Below, one piece after another: positions 36,528 through 47,700 of a DNA stretch of 51,629 nucleotides. The notes under the pieces were generated by a model. The model had not been told where the DNA came from, did not search any database, and saw nothing but the letters and a program-made list of their open reading frames with translations. A program made the position numbers and the translations under genes. How positions within the stretch are numbered: position 1 is the first letter of the stretch; each line of letters starts with the position of its first letter. Source of the stretch: Chthoniobacteraceae bacterium (GTDB lineage: Bacteria; Verrucomicrobiota; Verrucomicrobiia; Chthoniobacterales; Chthoniobacteraceae); assembly GCA_031409335.1 (NCBI GenBank), contig JANNWY010000155.1:1-51629 (forward strand). Direction: 5' to 3'.

Positions 36528-38137
36528 AGACGGGCGCGGCGTTCGCGAATAGCGCATGGCTCGCCGCGAGCGTTCCGGCGTGGTTGCGATTTCGCACGGC
36601 GTTGCAGCATCCGGCGGAGACGCAGCGGCGGCTCCTTCGCGGCTTGCTCGCGGGCAATGCGGCGACTGCGTATGGCCGCGCGCACGGCTTCGGTGAAATC
36701 CGCGACTACGGGCAGTTTCACGCGCGCGTTCCGATCGTGGAATACGACGACGTGCAGCCGTGGATCGCGCGCATCATGCGCGGGGAACATGCCGTGCTCA
36801 CGCGCGAACCCGTCACCCGCCTCGTGCCGACCAGCGGCTCCACGGGCGGACGCAAACTCATTCCTTTCACCGCTGCTTTTCACCGCGAGCTGAACGCTGC
36901 GATCGGATCGTGGATGGTGGACCTTTGCCTGCGGCATCCATCCGTGCCGCGCGGCCCGGCCTACTGGTCGGTCTCGCCAGCGATTGCCGATTCCACTTTG
37001 GAAAAATCCGCGGTGCCGATCGGATTCGACGACGACAGCGCGTATCTCGGTGGTTTCAAACAGCGGCTTGCCGAAAACACGTTTGCCGTGCCTTCCGCGC
37101 TGCGGCTCGTCGCGGACCTCGAGTGCAGCCGCTACCTCACGCTGCTGTGCCTGCTGCGACAGCGCGACCTCCGGCTTGTCTCCGTCTGGCACCCCTCATT
37201 TCTCGCGCTGCTGCTCGATGCGCTGCCTCGCCGCTGGGATGAATTGCTCGCGGACATCGCGAATGGCGGCTGCGCCCGCCGCGATCTGCCGCCCGCCGTT
37301 TCCCGGGCAATGCAAACCTCCGCGCAACCGGCGCGCGCGCGCGAACTCCGTGGCGCGGACCCTGCGAAACCGCTGACGCTCTGGCCATTCCTCAAAGTGG
37401 TGAGCTGCTGGGGCGATGGCCAGGCGGCGCTGGCCTTTGCGGATTTGCAGCGGCGGCTTCCCGGCGTGGTCTTGCAGGCAAAGGGATTGCTCGCGACCGA
37501 GGCGTTCGTCTCCATCCCACTTCGCGGAAAACATCCGCTCGCGGTGACATCACATTTCTTCGAGTTCGCCGACGCGCGCGGCGCAGTGTTTCCAGCGGAG
37601 GATTTGAAGCGGGGGGAAACTTATTCCGTGATCGTCACGACCGCGGGTGGGCTCTGGCGATACCGACTCGGCGATTTCGTCGAGGTGGATGGACTCGTCG
37701 GGAAAACTCCGTCGCTGCGTTTCCTCGGTCGCGGTCGCAGCGTGTCGGATCTGCGTGGTGAAAAGCTCGCCGAGCCCTTTGTCACGCGGGCCATCGCGGA
37801 GACCTGCGCCGTGCTCGGTTTCGCGACGCCATTTGCCATGCTCGCGCCGGAGACCGATTCCGCCGGAGCATGGAGCTACACGCTTTTTGCCGAAGGCACC
37901 GCGCTGCCGGAACTCACCGCGCGGCTCGACGCCGCGCTGCGGGAAAATCCGCACTACGCCCTCTGCCGCGATCTCGGCCAGCTCGGCCCGTTGCGTTCTT
38001 TCCAAATCGTCAGCCATGCGTATGAAACATTTTGCGCGGTCGGGATTTCCGAAGGCCAGCGTCCCGGCGACATCAAGCCGCGGGCGCTTTCATCACGGAC
38101 CGACTGGCGGCAGCGTTTCTCGGCCGGACACGGGTAA
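36524..38137 (+). CDS. GH3-family acyl-adenylate/amido synthetase
   Basis: TAYGRAHGF, VPIVEYDD, PTSGSTGGRKLIP, GLLATEA, HFFEF, TTAGGLWRYRLGD, GEKL. Confidence 0.88.
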   Translation: MKTGAAFANSAWLAASVPAWLRFRTALQHPAETQRRLLRGLLAGNAATAYGRAHGFGEIRDYGQFHARVPIVEYDDVQPWIARIMRGEHAVLTREPVTRLVPTSGSTGGRKLIPFTAAFHRELNAAIGSWMVDLCLRHPSVPRGPAYWSVSPAIADSTLEKSAVPIGFDDDSAYLGGFKQRLAENTFAVPSALRLVADLECSRYLTLLCLLRQRDLRLVSVWHPSFLALLLDALPRRWDELLADIANGGCARRDLPPAVSRAMQTSAQPARARELRGADPAKPLTLWPFLKVVSCWGDGQAALAFADLQRRLPGVVLQAKGLLATEAFVSIPLRGKHPLAVTSHFFEFADARGAVFPAEDLKRGETYSVIVTTAGGLWRYRLGDFVEVDGLVGKTPSLRFLGRGRSVSDLRGEKLAEPFVTRAIAETCAVLGFATPFAMLAPETDSAGAWSYTLFAEGTALPELTARLDAALRENPHYALCRDLGQLGPLRSFQIVSHAYETFCAVGISEGQRPGDIKPRALSSRTDWRQRFSAGHG

Positions 38138-38207
38138 AAGCGGCATCGCGTCTCGCCGGAAAAAGAGCTTGCCGCTCCTGATTCGCCCGCTACCTTCCGC
38201 CCTCCCA

Positions 38208-38417
38208 ATGCCAAAGTCCATCGCACGTCGCAAGACGAAGAAATCTGCGGCCAAACGGTTCAAAATCACCGGTACGGGCAAAATCATGCGTCGGAAAGCC
38301 GGCCTGCGCCATCTCGCATCGAGCAAAAGCTCGAAGCGCAAGCGCAAGCTCGGCAAAGACGGACAGGTCGATAAGACCATGGTCCCGCGTATGAGAGAGC
38401 TCATGCCGTTTGCCTAA
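38208..38417 (+). CDS. rpmI: 50S ribosomal protein L35
   Basis: KTKKSAAKRFKITGTGKIMRRKAGLRHL...KRKRKL; lies upstream of rplT. Confidence 0.95.
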   Translation: MPKSIARRKTKKSAAKRFKITGTGKIMRRKAGLRHLASSKSSKRKRKLGKDGQVDKTMVPRMRELMPFA

Positions 38418-38530
38418 GAGCCTCACGGCCACGATCCGCCCGCCTGTCCTGAGTTTAATCGGGACATTTCAACTGAGCGAGGCGACGGATCACTCACCCA
38501 CACGAACAGCTCGTTGAAAGAAACACACAC

Positions 38531-38908
38531 ATGCCACGCGCCACTAACTCGCCCGCCAGCCGGGCTCGCCGCAAGAAGATCATCGATAAAGCATCGGGCT
38601 TCCGCGGTCGTCGTTCCAAACTCTTCCGCTACGCCAAGAATGCCGTGATGAAGGCCGAAACCTGGGCCTATCGCGATCGCAAGACGCGCAAGCGCAATTT
38701 CCGGATGCTCTGGCAGCAGCGCATCAATGCCGCCGCCCGCGCGCTCGGCCTCACCTACAGCCGCTTCATGGAAGGCATCAAAGCCGCCAACATCCAGGTC
38801 GATCGCAAGATCCTCTCCGATCTCGCCATCATCGATGAAGCCGCGTTCAAGGCCATCTTTGAGCAGGCGAAAGCCGCGCTCGACGCCAAGAACAAGAAGG
38901 CAGCGTAA
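38531..38908 (+). CDS. rplT: 50S ribosomal protein L20
   Basis: [37 protein letters not shown]. Confidence 0.97.
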   Translation: MPRATNSPASRARRKKIIDKASGFRGRRSKLFRYAKNAVMKAETWAYRDRKTRKRNFRMLWQQRINAAARALGLTYSRFMEGIKAANIQVDRKILSDLAIIDEAAFKAIFEQAKAALDAKNKKAA

Positions 38909-38932
38909 AAGGCACTCCCTTTCCAAAGTTTC

Positions 38933-38970
38933 AAAAGCCTCGAATGCGCTCCGCGTGTTCGAGGCTTTTT
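38933..38970 (+). terminator. Intrinsic terminator after rplT
   Basis: aaaagcctcgaatgcgc-tcc-gcgtgttcgaggc followed by ttttt. Confidence 0.75.
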
Positions 38971-39044
38971 ATTTCAGATCGCAGATTTCAGATTTCAGAT
39001 TGGATTCCCGTCGCGTGTTCAATCTGAAATCTGAAATCTGAAAT
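38971..39044. repeat. Inverted heptamer arrays (ATTTCAG)n...(CTGAAAT)n
   Basis: atttcagatcgcagatttcagatttcagatt...aatctgaaatctgaaatctgaaat. Confidence 0.85.
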
Positions 39045-39049
39045 CCTAA

Positions 39050-40063
39050 ATGGACCAACAACTCGAACAACTCCGCACCGAAGCTCTAGCCACCATCGCT
39101 GCCGCTTCCGACGAAGCCGCCGTCGAACACGCGCGCATCAAATTTCTCGGGCAGGCCGGCGCGCTCACCGCGATCAGCAAAGGGATGAAGGATGTGTCGA
39201 AGGACGACAAACCGCGCCTCGGCAAACTGCTCAACGACGTGCGCACCGCCGTCACCGCCGCGCTCGATGAGCGGAAGGCCGCGCTCGCCGCCACCGCGGA
39301 CGCCGCCGCTTTTGCGAATGTCGATGTCACCCTGCCCGGCACCGCGCCGCGCCCCGGCACGCTGCATCCGATCACCCAACTCCTCGACCGCACCATCGCC
39401 ATCTTCCGCCGCATGGGGTTCGCGCTCGCGGACGGGCCGGACATCGAGACCGAGTGGCATTGCTTCGACGCGCTGAACACACCCGCCGACCACCCCGCGC
39501 GCAACGAGCAGGACACGTTTTATTTTTCCGACGGACGCCTCCTGCGCACGCACACCAGCACCGTGCAGATTCGCACGATGGAAAAAGCCGCGCCGCCCAT
39601 CCGCATCATCGCGCCCGGAGCCGCCTATCGTCGCGACGAAATCGACGCCACGCACCTCGCGCAGTTTACCCAGATGGAAGGGCTCTGCGTCGATGAAGGC
39701 GTCAGCATCGGCGACCTCAAAGGCACGCTCGAATTTTTCTTCCGCGAGCTTTTTGGCAAAGACGCGCAGTTCCGTTTCCGCCCGCACTTTTTCCCGTTCA
39801 CCGAGCCGAGTTTCGAGGTGGATATCAAGACGCGCGCGCTCGGCGCCAGCGATCGCTGGCTCGAAATCGCCGGCTGCGGCATGGTCGATCCTGCCGTCTT
39901 TGACGCGGTGAATGCGAAGCGCGGCGACACTGCCTTCGATTCCGAAAAATACACCGGCTTCGCCTTCGGCTTCGGCCTCGATCGCCTCGCGATGATCATG
40001 TCCGGCGTGCCCGACATCCGTTACTTTACCGACAACGACCAGCGGTTCCTCGCGCAGTTTTAG
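39050..40063 (+). CDS. pheS: Phenylalanine--tRNA ligase alpha subunit
   Basis: HPARNEQDTFY, LLRTHTS, DATH, RFRPHFFPFTEPS, GCGMV, GFAFGFGLDRLAM. Confidence 0.97.
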   Translation: MDQQLEQLRTEALATIAAASDEAAVEHARIKFLGQAGALTAISKGMKDVSKDDKPRLGKLLNDVRTAVTAALDERKAALAATADAAAFANVDVTLPGTAPRPGTLHPITQLLDRTIAIFRRMGFALADGPDIETEWHCFDALNTPADHPARNEQDTFYFSDGRLLRTHTSTVQIRTMEKAAPPIRIIAPGAAYRRDEIDATHLAQFTQMEGLCVDEGVSIGDLKGTLEFFFRELFGKDAQFRFRPHFFPFTEPSFEVDIKTRALGASDRWLEIAGCGMVDPAVFDAVNAKRGDTAFDSEKYTGFAFGFGLDRLAMIMSGVPDIRYFTDNDQRFLAQF

Positions 40064-40098
40064 TAGCTCATGCGGCCCTCCGCATGAGCCACTTACTC

Positions 40099-41256
40099 CT
40101 ACCTCCGAAACGACTGCGCAAAATCGGTCGCCTGAATCTTCACGACTTTTTTCTCGTGCGTGGAGTTCGCGATGAGTTCGCTCAGCTTCGTCTCCCAAGC
40201 TTTTCCATCCATTGGCAAATCGACACTCGCGCCGAGCAGCGACGAGTAGAGCAGCACGTTCGCGAGTTCGACGGAGCCCATGCCTTCGTCGCCGGGCGCG
40301 ATGAGCGGTGTGCCGTCGAGGATCGCATCGACGAAATTCTGCATCAGCGTCGCGTGCGCGTTGGCGGCGTTGGTGAGCGGGATTTCGACGTTCCACACTT
40401 CCGGCTTCGCGAAGCCGCTCGTGGCCGACTTGCTGAACTCGATCATGTCGGCGTCGTTGCGATTGAAAGTGAGCCGATCATTTTCCAAGACGACGCGGCC
40501 ACGCGTGCCGCAGAGTTCGAGGCGATTGGTGCCTGGCGCTTCGCCGGTGGAGGAAATGAACACGCCGGTCGCACCGCCGGCCCATTCGAGAAAACACGTC
40601 ACGTTGTCCTCGACCTCGATGTCGTGGAAACGCCCGAGCTGGCAAAAGCCGCGCACCTTCGCGGGCATCCCGCAAAGCCATTGCAGCATGTCGAGCTGGT
40701 GCAGGCATTGGTTTAGCAACACGCCGCCGCCTTCGCCTTTCCACGTCGCGCGCCAGCCGCCGCTCGCGTAGTACGCCTCGGTGCGAAACCAATCGGTGAT
40801 AATCCAATTCACGCGCACGAGCTGGCCGAGTTCGCTTTCGATGAGCTTGCGGATTTTCAGGTAGCGCGGCTCGACACGCATTTGAAACATGCCCGCGAAA
40901 ACCTGCCGCGGATGCGCGCGGGCGACGGCGCAGAGTTTTTCCGCGTCGGCTTTGTGCGCGGAGATCGGCTTCTCGATCATCGTGTGCAGGCCGTTTTCCA
41001 GCGCGTCGATGCCGATCGTGGTGTGGAGAAAATGCGGCGTCGCGACCACGAGCGCGTCGATTTTCCCCGAGCGGATCATCTCCGCGCAGTCCGTGAAAGT
41101 GGCGATGCCTTTGGCCTTGAACGGATCGAGATTCGGCGTGTGCGCATCGGCCACGGCGGCGAGTTCGCAGCGCGCGATCTTGCCATCGAGCAGATAGCCC
41201 GTGTGAAATTTGCCGATATTACCGAGGCCGACGATGCCGAGACGAACTTTGGACAT
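40099..41256 (-). CDS. Gfo/Idh/MocA family oxidoreductase
   Basis: GIVGLGNIG, ATPHFLH, EKP, WRATWKGEGGGVLLNQCLHQLD. Confidence 0.93.
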   Translation of the reverse strand: MSKVRLGIVGLGNIGKFHTGYLLDGKIARCELAAVADAHTPNLDPFKAKGIATFTDCAEMIRSGKIDALVVATPHFLHTTIGIDALENGLHTMIEKPISAHKADAEKLCAVARAHPRQVFAGMFQMRVEPRYLKIRKLIESELGQLVRVNWIITDWFRTEAYYASGGWRATWKGEGGGVLLNQCLHQLDMLQWLCGMPAKVRGFCQLGRFHDIEVEDNVTCFLEWAGGATGVFISSTGEAPGTNRLELCGTRGRVVLENDRLTFNRNDADMIEFSKSATSGFAKPEVWNVEIPLTNAANAHATLMQNFVDAILDGTPLIAPGDEGMGSVELANVLLYSSLLGASVDLPMDGKAWETKLSELIANSTHEKKVVKIQATDFAQSFRR

Positions 41257-41337
41257 GGGAGAAAAAAGTGAGATCGCACACTCGCTGGCGCGGAAAAGTC
41301 GCGGCAAGCTCTTTCTCTCGCGAAACGCCCCAATCAA

Positions 41338-41499
41338 CTGTCATTTCGACCGGAGCGAAGCGCAGTGGAGAAACCTCAAACTTTTCTTCGCCGGGCGCAG
41401 GCGGTGCGGAGCCGCAACTCGTTCGTGCTCCGCGCCACTTTTCCGGCGTGGAAAAGTTTGAGGTTTCTCCACTGCGCTTCGCTCCGGTCGAAATGACAG
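41338..41499. repeat. Perfect 49-bp inverted repeat (GTCATTTCGACCGGAGCG family REP-like element)
   Basis: 41338-41386 is the exact reverse complement of 41451-41499. Confidence 0.92.
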
Positions 41500-41504
41500 G
41501 ACCG

Positions 41505-41628
41505 ATGGCGTCGCTCCGCCGCGCCATGACAACGAACCGCGCGGAGCGCCTAAAATCTTTTCGTGTTTGAAAGCGGAGAGTGTGCGCCTTCGGCGTTGGC
41601 TTCGCATGGCGCGGCGGAGCGACGCCAT
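41505..41628. repeat. Perfect 24-bp inverted repeat
   Basis: atggcgtcgctccgccgcgccatg (41505-41528) pairs with catggcgcggcggagcgacgccat (41605-41628). Confidence 0.88.
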
Positions 41629-41700
41629 TCACCTCACAGGCTGGAAAGCCCGTGTCACGCTGTTTGAAGCTGCAGCCGCCTGAAAGCAGCAGGTGCTTTT

Positions 41701-44700
41701 TCACATCCGCCTGCGTGGCCTGAGGCCGAGCAGGCCCGTGGCAAAGCACAGCAATCCCATCGCGGTTGGTTCGGGCACGGCTTGCGGCGAGTCCGCAGCG
41801 AGCGAGTCCAGCGACGGATCGCTCCAATCCTCGCCGATGGGAGCAGGCGAGGGGATCGGGCTGCCGAGCGTGACGACGGCTACGGGGCCGATGTTCAATT
41901 CGGCAAGGGTCTGGCTCGCGCCGATGTGCGTCGTGGCGTTGGCGTTGATGATCGACTCGCCGGTGCCGAGCGGGGTGTTCAGGTTCGTCGTGCCGCCGTT
42001 CGTCGTGAGCACGTCGTAGTTTTGTGAACCGTTGAGCGTGAGCGTGCCGGGGCCGGTCTTCGTGATGCCGTAGTCGATGAGCAACTGATTCGCGGAGACG
42101 GGGCCATTCAAACGGACGGTGACGGTGGATGTGGCGACGTTGATTTCGCGCTGGGCGTTGTTGATGAGCACGCTGCCGGTGACGGTGAGATTTTGCGTGC
42201 CGGTGACGACCAGCGCGCCGTTGAGCGTGACGTTGTTTGCGAGTGTGAGCAGCCCGCCGGTGTTGTTGCGAATTTCGCCGCCCTGGATTTGCACTTCCGT
42301 ATTGCTGAACGCGCCCGCGTTTCCCAACGCGACCGTGCCCGCGGCGAGGACGGTCGTGCCGAAGTACGTGTTCGCGGCGTTCAGCGTGAGCGTGCCGGTG
42401 CCTTGTTTGATGAGTCCGCCGCCGCCGCCCACGGCACCGTTGAGCGTGACGTTGCCGGGGCCGCCGACGGCGAGGGCATTTGCGCCCGCGGTCACGGGAT
42501 TCGCGATCGTGTTCGCGTTGCCGGTGACGAGCAGATTTCCCGCAATGAGCGTGAGCGTGCCGGCGCCGCTGACCGAGCCGCCGTTGCTGAGCCAGAGCGA
42601 GTTCGCGGTCGTCGCGTTCGCGAGAAAAATGCTCGCGCCATCCGCTTTCACGTTGTCGGTGACTGCGCTGCCGTTGTTCAGCGTCGTCGTGTATTCCGTA
42701 TTCGGATCGAGCAGCCGCACGCCCTTGTCGAAGTCGTACGTCACGAGTTGCGTGCCGAGGCCGTTCGCGATCGTGTCGCCGAACGCGCCGCGAATAATTC
42801 CAATCGACGGATGCCCCGCGGGCGCGCCGCCGCCGGTGAGCGGAGGCGTGGCGTTTGTGAGGAGAATGCTCGCGCTACCCGCGGTGCCGGGTGCGTTCAC
42901 GCCGAGGTTCGTGCCGCGAAAAAGGCTCGCACCGGGCAGCACGGTGAACCCGCCCGAAATGCGCAGCACCGCGAAGCCCGCGGCGACCGCATCGACGGTC
43001 ACGGTCGAAGCCCTGCCGGTGGTGAGCGTGAGGTCGTTCAACACTTCTTCGGTGCCCGAGCCGATCAGATTCGCGCCGACCAAATGCAGACTGCCGCCGA
43101 GGAGTATCACGCGTCCGGCGCTGTCGTGCAGCCGATCGGTCGTGAGCGCGGAGTTATCCAGCAACAGCGCAGCGCCGGCATTGACGCGATGATCGTTCGC
43201 ATTCGCCGCGAGCGAGCCGCGCGCTTCGAGTTGCACCGCGCCCGCGTTCACGGTGAGCGCGCCGGTCCACGATTCGGCTTCCGTGAGCGTGAGCGTGCCA
43301 GCGCCGTTCTTCGCCAAAGTACCCGTGCCAACGAGTTGCCCGCTCCACGTCGCCGCGCTGCCGCCGGTCTGGATCGCGCCGCCGGTCGCGATGTGGATGA
43401 GCCGGTCGGTGGTCCAGTTGACGTTGCGCAGAACGATATTTTGCGTGCCGTCCGTTTGCAGGATGAACTCGCTGCCGTTGCCGAATGCGGAGTTGGTGCC
43501 GGGATACAAATGGCCGGAGAGCCAGTGCGTCGGGCCGGTGTAGGTATTGGCGGCGTTGATTTTGAAAACCGCCTGTCCCGCCACGCTGTTGAAATATCCC
43601 ACGCCGCCCGCGCCGGAAATCGCGCCGTCAATTTTCCAGCGCACATTCGCCGCGCCGCTCGTGAAATATCCGAGCGCGGTCGTCTCCACGGGCCGCGTGA
43701 AAGTCAGTCGTGAGCCGGTGTAATTGAGCAGCGCGGCGAGCGCGGAACTGCCGCCGCCAAAACGCACTGCACCGCCGGGCGCGCCGAGGGTCGTGTCTTT
43801 GGAAAAATTCACGTAACCCTGCTCGATGTTCAGTCCGCCGGTGAAAGTGTTCGTCGCGCCGAGCGTCAGCGAGCCCGCACCGGTTTTGGTCACGCCGCCG
43901 CTCGTCGTGATTTTGAAATTCAGCGCCGTCGTGCCCGCGGTGTTGTTCACGACCAAATCGCGCGTGTTGCCCGCGCTGGTGAGGAGCGTGTTCGTGTTCG
44001 CGCCAATGTTCACGCCCGCGGTCGTCGTGAGCGCGCCGCTGGTCAGCGTGAGATCCTGGCTGCCGGTGACATCGCCGCTCGTGATGAGCAGCGCGTTCGC
44101 GGTCGTCGGCGCGAAGAGAAACTGCGGGGCCGTCGTGCGGACGTTCGCGGGCGGATTGCCTAGCGCGGTGTCGTATTCGCTCACCGCAAGCGGGCGCAGG
44201 CCGTCCGTGCCGTAGGTGAGGAAGCTGCCACCCACGTCGCTGGCCCACGGCAGGATACTTTGCATCGTGGTGCCGACCGCGCCGCCGCCGCCGATCAATG
44301 CCGAGGTGGGAAACGTGCCATTGATTTGCGTGAGAAAGACGCGCGCATTGCCGACGGGCGATTGCGTGAGGCCGAGATTGGTCGCGTTCACGACGAGCGT
44401 GCCGCGCGGGCGGATGAGGTCGCCGATCGTGACGGTGCTCGGCGCGGAGCTGCCATTCGTGATCGTGAGCAATCCACCGCCGCCCAACCGCACGATGCCG
44501 AGCGCGTGATTGCCGGGCGTGTGGTTGTTTTCCGTGAAGACGATGCTGCCGCCCGCGAGTTCGATGGCGGCAAGATTGCTGATGCGATCCGCGAGGTAGC
44601 CGCCCGCCGCGGCGTTATCGTCGGTGTTGTTGAACTCAAGCGCGCCACCGCGAATATCGACGCCGCCTGTGCTCAGCCGCCCGGCTTCCGCGAGGCGCAG

Positions 44701-47700
44701 CGTGCCGCCGCGGAGGATGGTGCTGCCGAGGAAGTTCAGCGGCTGGGTGAAGGTGCTCGTGCCGACCGAATCGAACGCTTTCGTCAATCCGCCATCGCCG
44801 GAGACGCCGCCGGTGAAGGTCGCATTCGTGCCATCGTAAAGTGTGAGCCGATTCAGGCCTAGCAGCACGGCGCCATCGAGGACCTGGCCCATGTTGAATG
44901 CGCCGATCGCGCTCGTCGTCGAGAGGCTGCCGATCGTGCGGTCGCCGCCGCCGAGATCGAGCGTGGCGTTGCGATGCACGAAAACATTTTGCATCGGATT
45001 CAGCGCCCCGCTGCTGCCGAGCACGAGCTTGCCTTGCGCGACATCCACGAAGCTGCCGCCCGCGTAGCGCCCCTCGAGACGCAGCGTGCCCGCGCCATAT
45101 TTCCACAAGCCCGCGCTCGGCAGCGTGCTCGCGATGGTGAGCGTGGTGACCGCGCCGGGCGTGAGGAAATTGTAGCCCGTGTTCCCGCCAGCGATGTTCG
45201 TCGAAAGGCTGCTCACATTGATCGTCGCGCTGGTGTTCGCCTCCACGAGCACGGTGCTTTGCGCGAGGATCAGCGTGCCGCTTCCACTCACGGTCGTCCC
45301 CGGTCCGTTGAGCCTCAGCGCAGTGATCGCGGTCGTCTGATTCACCTGAGTCGAGCCGCTCAGAATTACGTTCGGCGCGCGGTTGAGATCGAGATTTCCA
45401 ACCGGAATCGCGGTCGTGTATTCACCGGCAGTGAGCAGGCGAAAGCCCGTGTCCGCCGCGTACGTGAGCAGCCCCGTGCCGACGCCCGTCGCGCTCGTGT
45501 CGCCCATGAAGCCGGAGAGAATGTTGATGAATGGCGTGCCTTCCGCGCCGCCTGCGCCGCCGAGTTGCACGCCGCCCGCGCCGAGCGATTGCACGAACCA
45601 ATTCGTGCTCCCGAGCCCCGGAGTGCCGCCGAGATTCGTGCCGCGTATGAGTCCGGTGCTGTTCGCAAACGCGCGTCGGAATTGCCCGCTCTCCACCGTG
45701 GTCCCGCCGCCCGAGAGCGTGATCGTGCCCGCGGAAATATCGAACTGATTGATGCGCTCGTGCGTGCCCGCGGCGTTGCCGATGATCTTCAACTCGCCGC
45801 CGTTCACGCGCAGTTTTCCACTCGCGCCATCGCTCGTGCCGAAGGGCGTGTCCCACACGTCGGGCAGGCGGTTGTTGTTGTTCGCGGCGGCGTTGTCGAG
45901 CAGCAGCGTCGCGGCGGAATTCACCGAGACCGTGGCCGCGCTGTCGAAGCCGCCGGTGCCCGTGCTGTTGAGGATGCTGCCGTCCGCGCCGCTCAGCCGC
46001 AGCGTTCCGCCGAAGACCTGCGTCGCGCCGGTGAACATTTCCGTGGCCGTGAGGTTCAGTTCGCCCGCGCCGAATTTGTAAAGCCCGCGCGTACTCGTGC
46101 TGCTGAGGATCGTGCCGCTGAGCGTCACGTCGTTCCCATTTGTGTCGAATCCGAAGCCAACGCCGGGCTGCGCGGTGTTCGTGATGAAATCTTGCGTCAG
46201 CGCCATCGGTGCATCGAAACGCAGCGTTTGCCCGCCCGCCGCGCTGATCGCAGAGTTGGTGAAAACCACGCGCTGATTGATGCCGAGCCCGACGGGATCG
46301 CTGATGGCCAGTGCGCCTGCGGCGATGAGCGTCGCGCCGGTATTCGTGCTCAGCGGCAACGCGAGCACGCCCGTGCCATCTTTGAGCACGCCGCCGAAGC
46401 CGCTGACGAAACTGGTATTCGGAACCGTGAGCGTGGTGCCGCTGACGACGTGAATGCCCGCGCTGCCGCCGACGGAAAATCCGGCGTTCGTCGCGATGAC
46501 GGGATGATTGGCCAGGGTGGCATCCCCACCGCGATATTTGAAAAAGCCGCCGCCGAGTTGAAGCTGCGCGCTGTTCCCGAGCGCGGCGAGATTGTCGATG
46601 ACGAGACTGCCCGCGTTCACCGTGGTAATGCCGGTGTAGCTGTTCGCCGCGTTCGTGAGATAGAGCGCGCCCGCGCCGGATTTCGTGAGCCCGCCGCTCG
46701 TGGTGACCGTCGTGCCGATCGCGAGATCGCCCACGGCGAAGACATTCAGCTCGCGTGAGTTTCCCGCGCCGGTTTGAAGTTGGGCGGCTTGAATTCCCAA
46801 AGGCACGCCCTCGGTCCCGGCGCTGTTGATGGCGAAAACATTCCCCGCCGCGCTGAGCAGCGCGCCGCTTTCGAGGATGAGCCGCTCACCCGCCACACTC
46901 TCGATGCGCGTCGTGTTGTCTGCACCGGCGAGGACGAGCGAATTCACCGTTTTGTCCGCGCCGGAAAGCGTCGTCGTGGTGAGCGTGCCGTTGTTGAGCC
47001 GCACGTTCTCGGTTGGGCCGGCTATGATCAGATTCGCGTTGTTTTCCGTGGCGGTATTCAACGGGCGGATGCCGCTCGCGCCGTGCGTGACGAAGCTGAT
47101 GCCCGCGTCCGTCGTGCTCACGCCGCCCATCGCGTACGGAAGGATGCTGATGGTTGTGCTTCCCGCGGGTCCGCCACCGCCGATGAGCGCGAGGGGATTG
47201 GCGAAAACGAGGTTCGGCGTCGTGGTCGTCGCGACACCGCTGCCCAGATTTCCCGAGCCCGCGCGGAAAAGGAACGTGCTGTTCTGTCCGCGCGTGAGGC
47301 CATTGAACGCATCGTTGAAACTCAGCGTGCCGCCCGTCGTCATCGTGACGATGCTCATGCCCGCGCCGCGCAACGATGCGGCGAACTCAAAGCTGGCCAC
47401 GCCTGCGTTGGAGCTGAATTGAAGCTCGCCCGAGTTGCTGTCAATGCCCTGCGAATCGGGGATGCGAAAGGTGTTGTTGGTCCCCGTGTTGTCGAGATGC
47501 AGCACCGGGCCGCGATTCGCGCTGTCGCCCCACGCGCCGATCGTGAACGCATTCACCAGCGCAAACATGCCGTTACCCGAAACCGTCGTGGTGCCTGTGC
47601 CGGAGAGCAGTTGAAAGCCATCCTGCAACGAGGACACGCCGGAGATCGCGAGCGGCCCGGCGCCGACTTTGGCGAACGACGAGCCGACCGCGCCCGCGAT

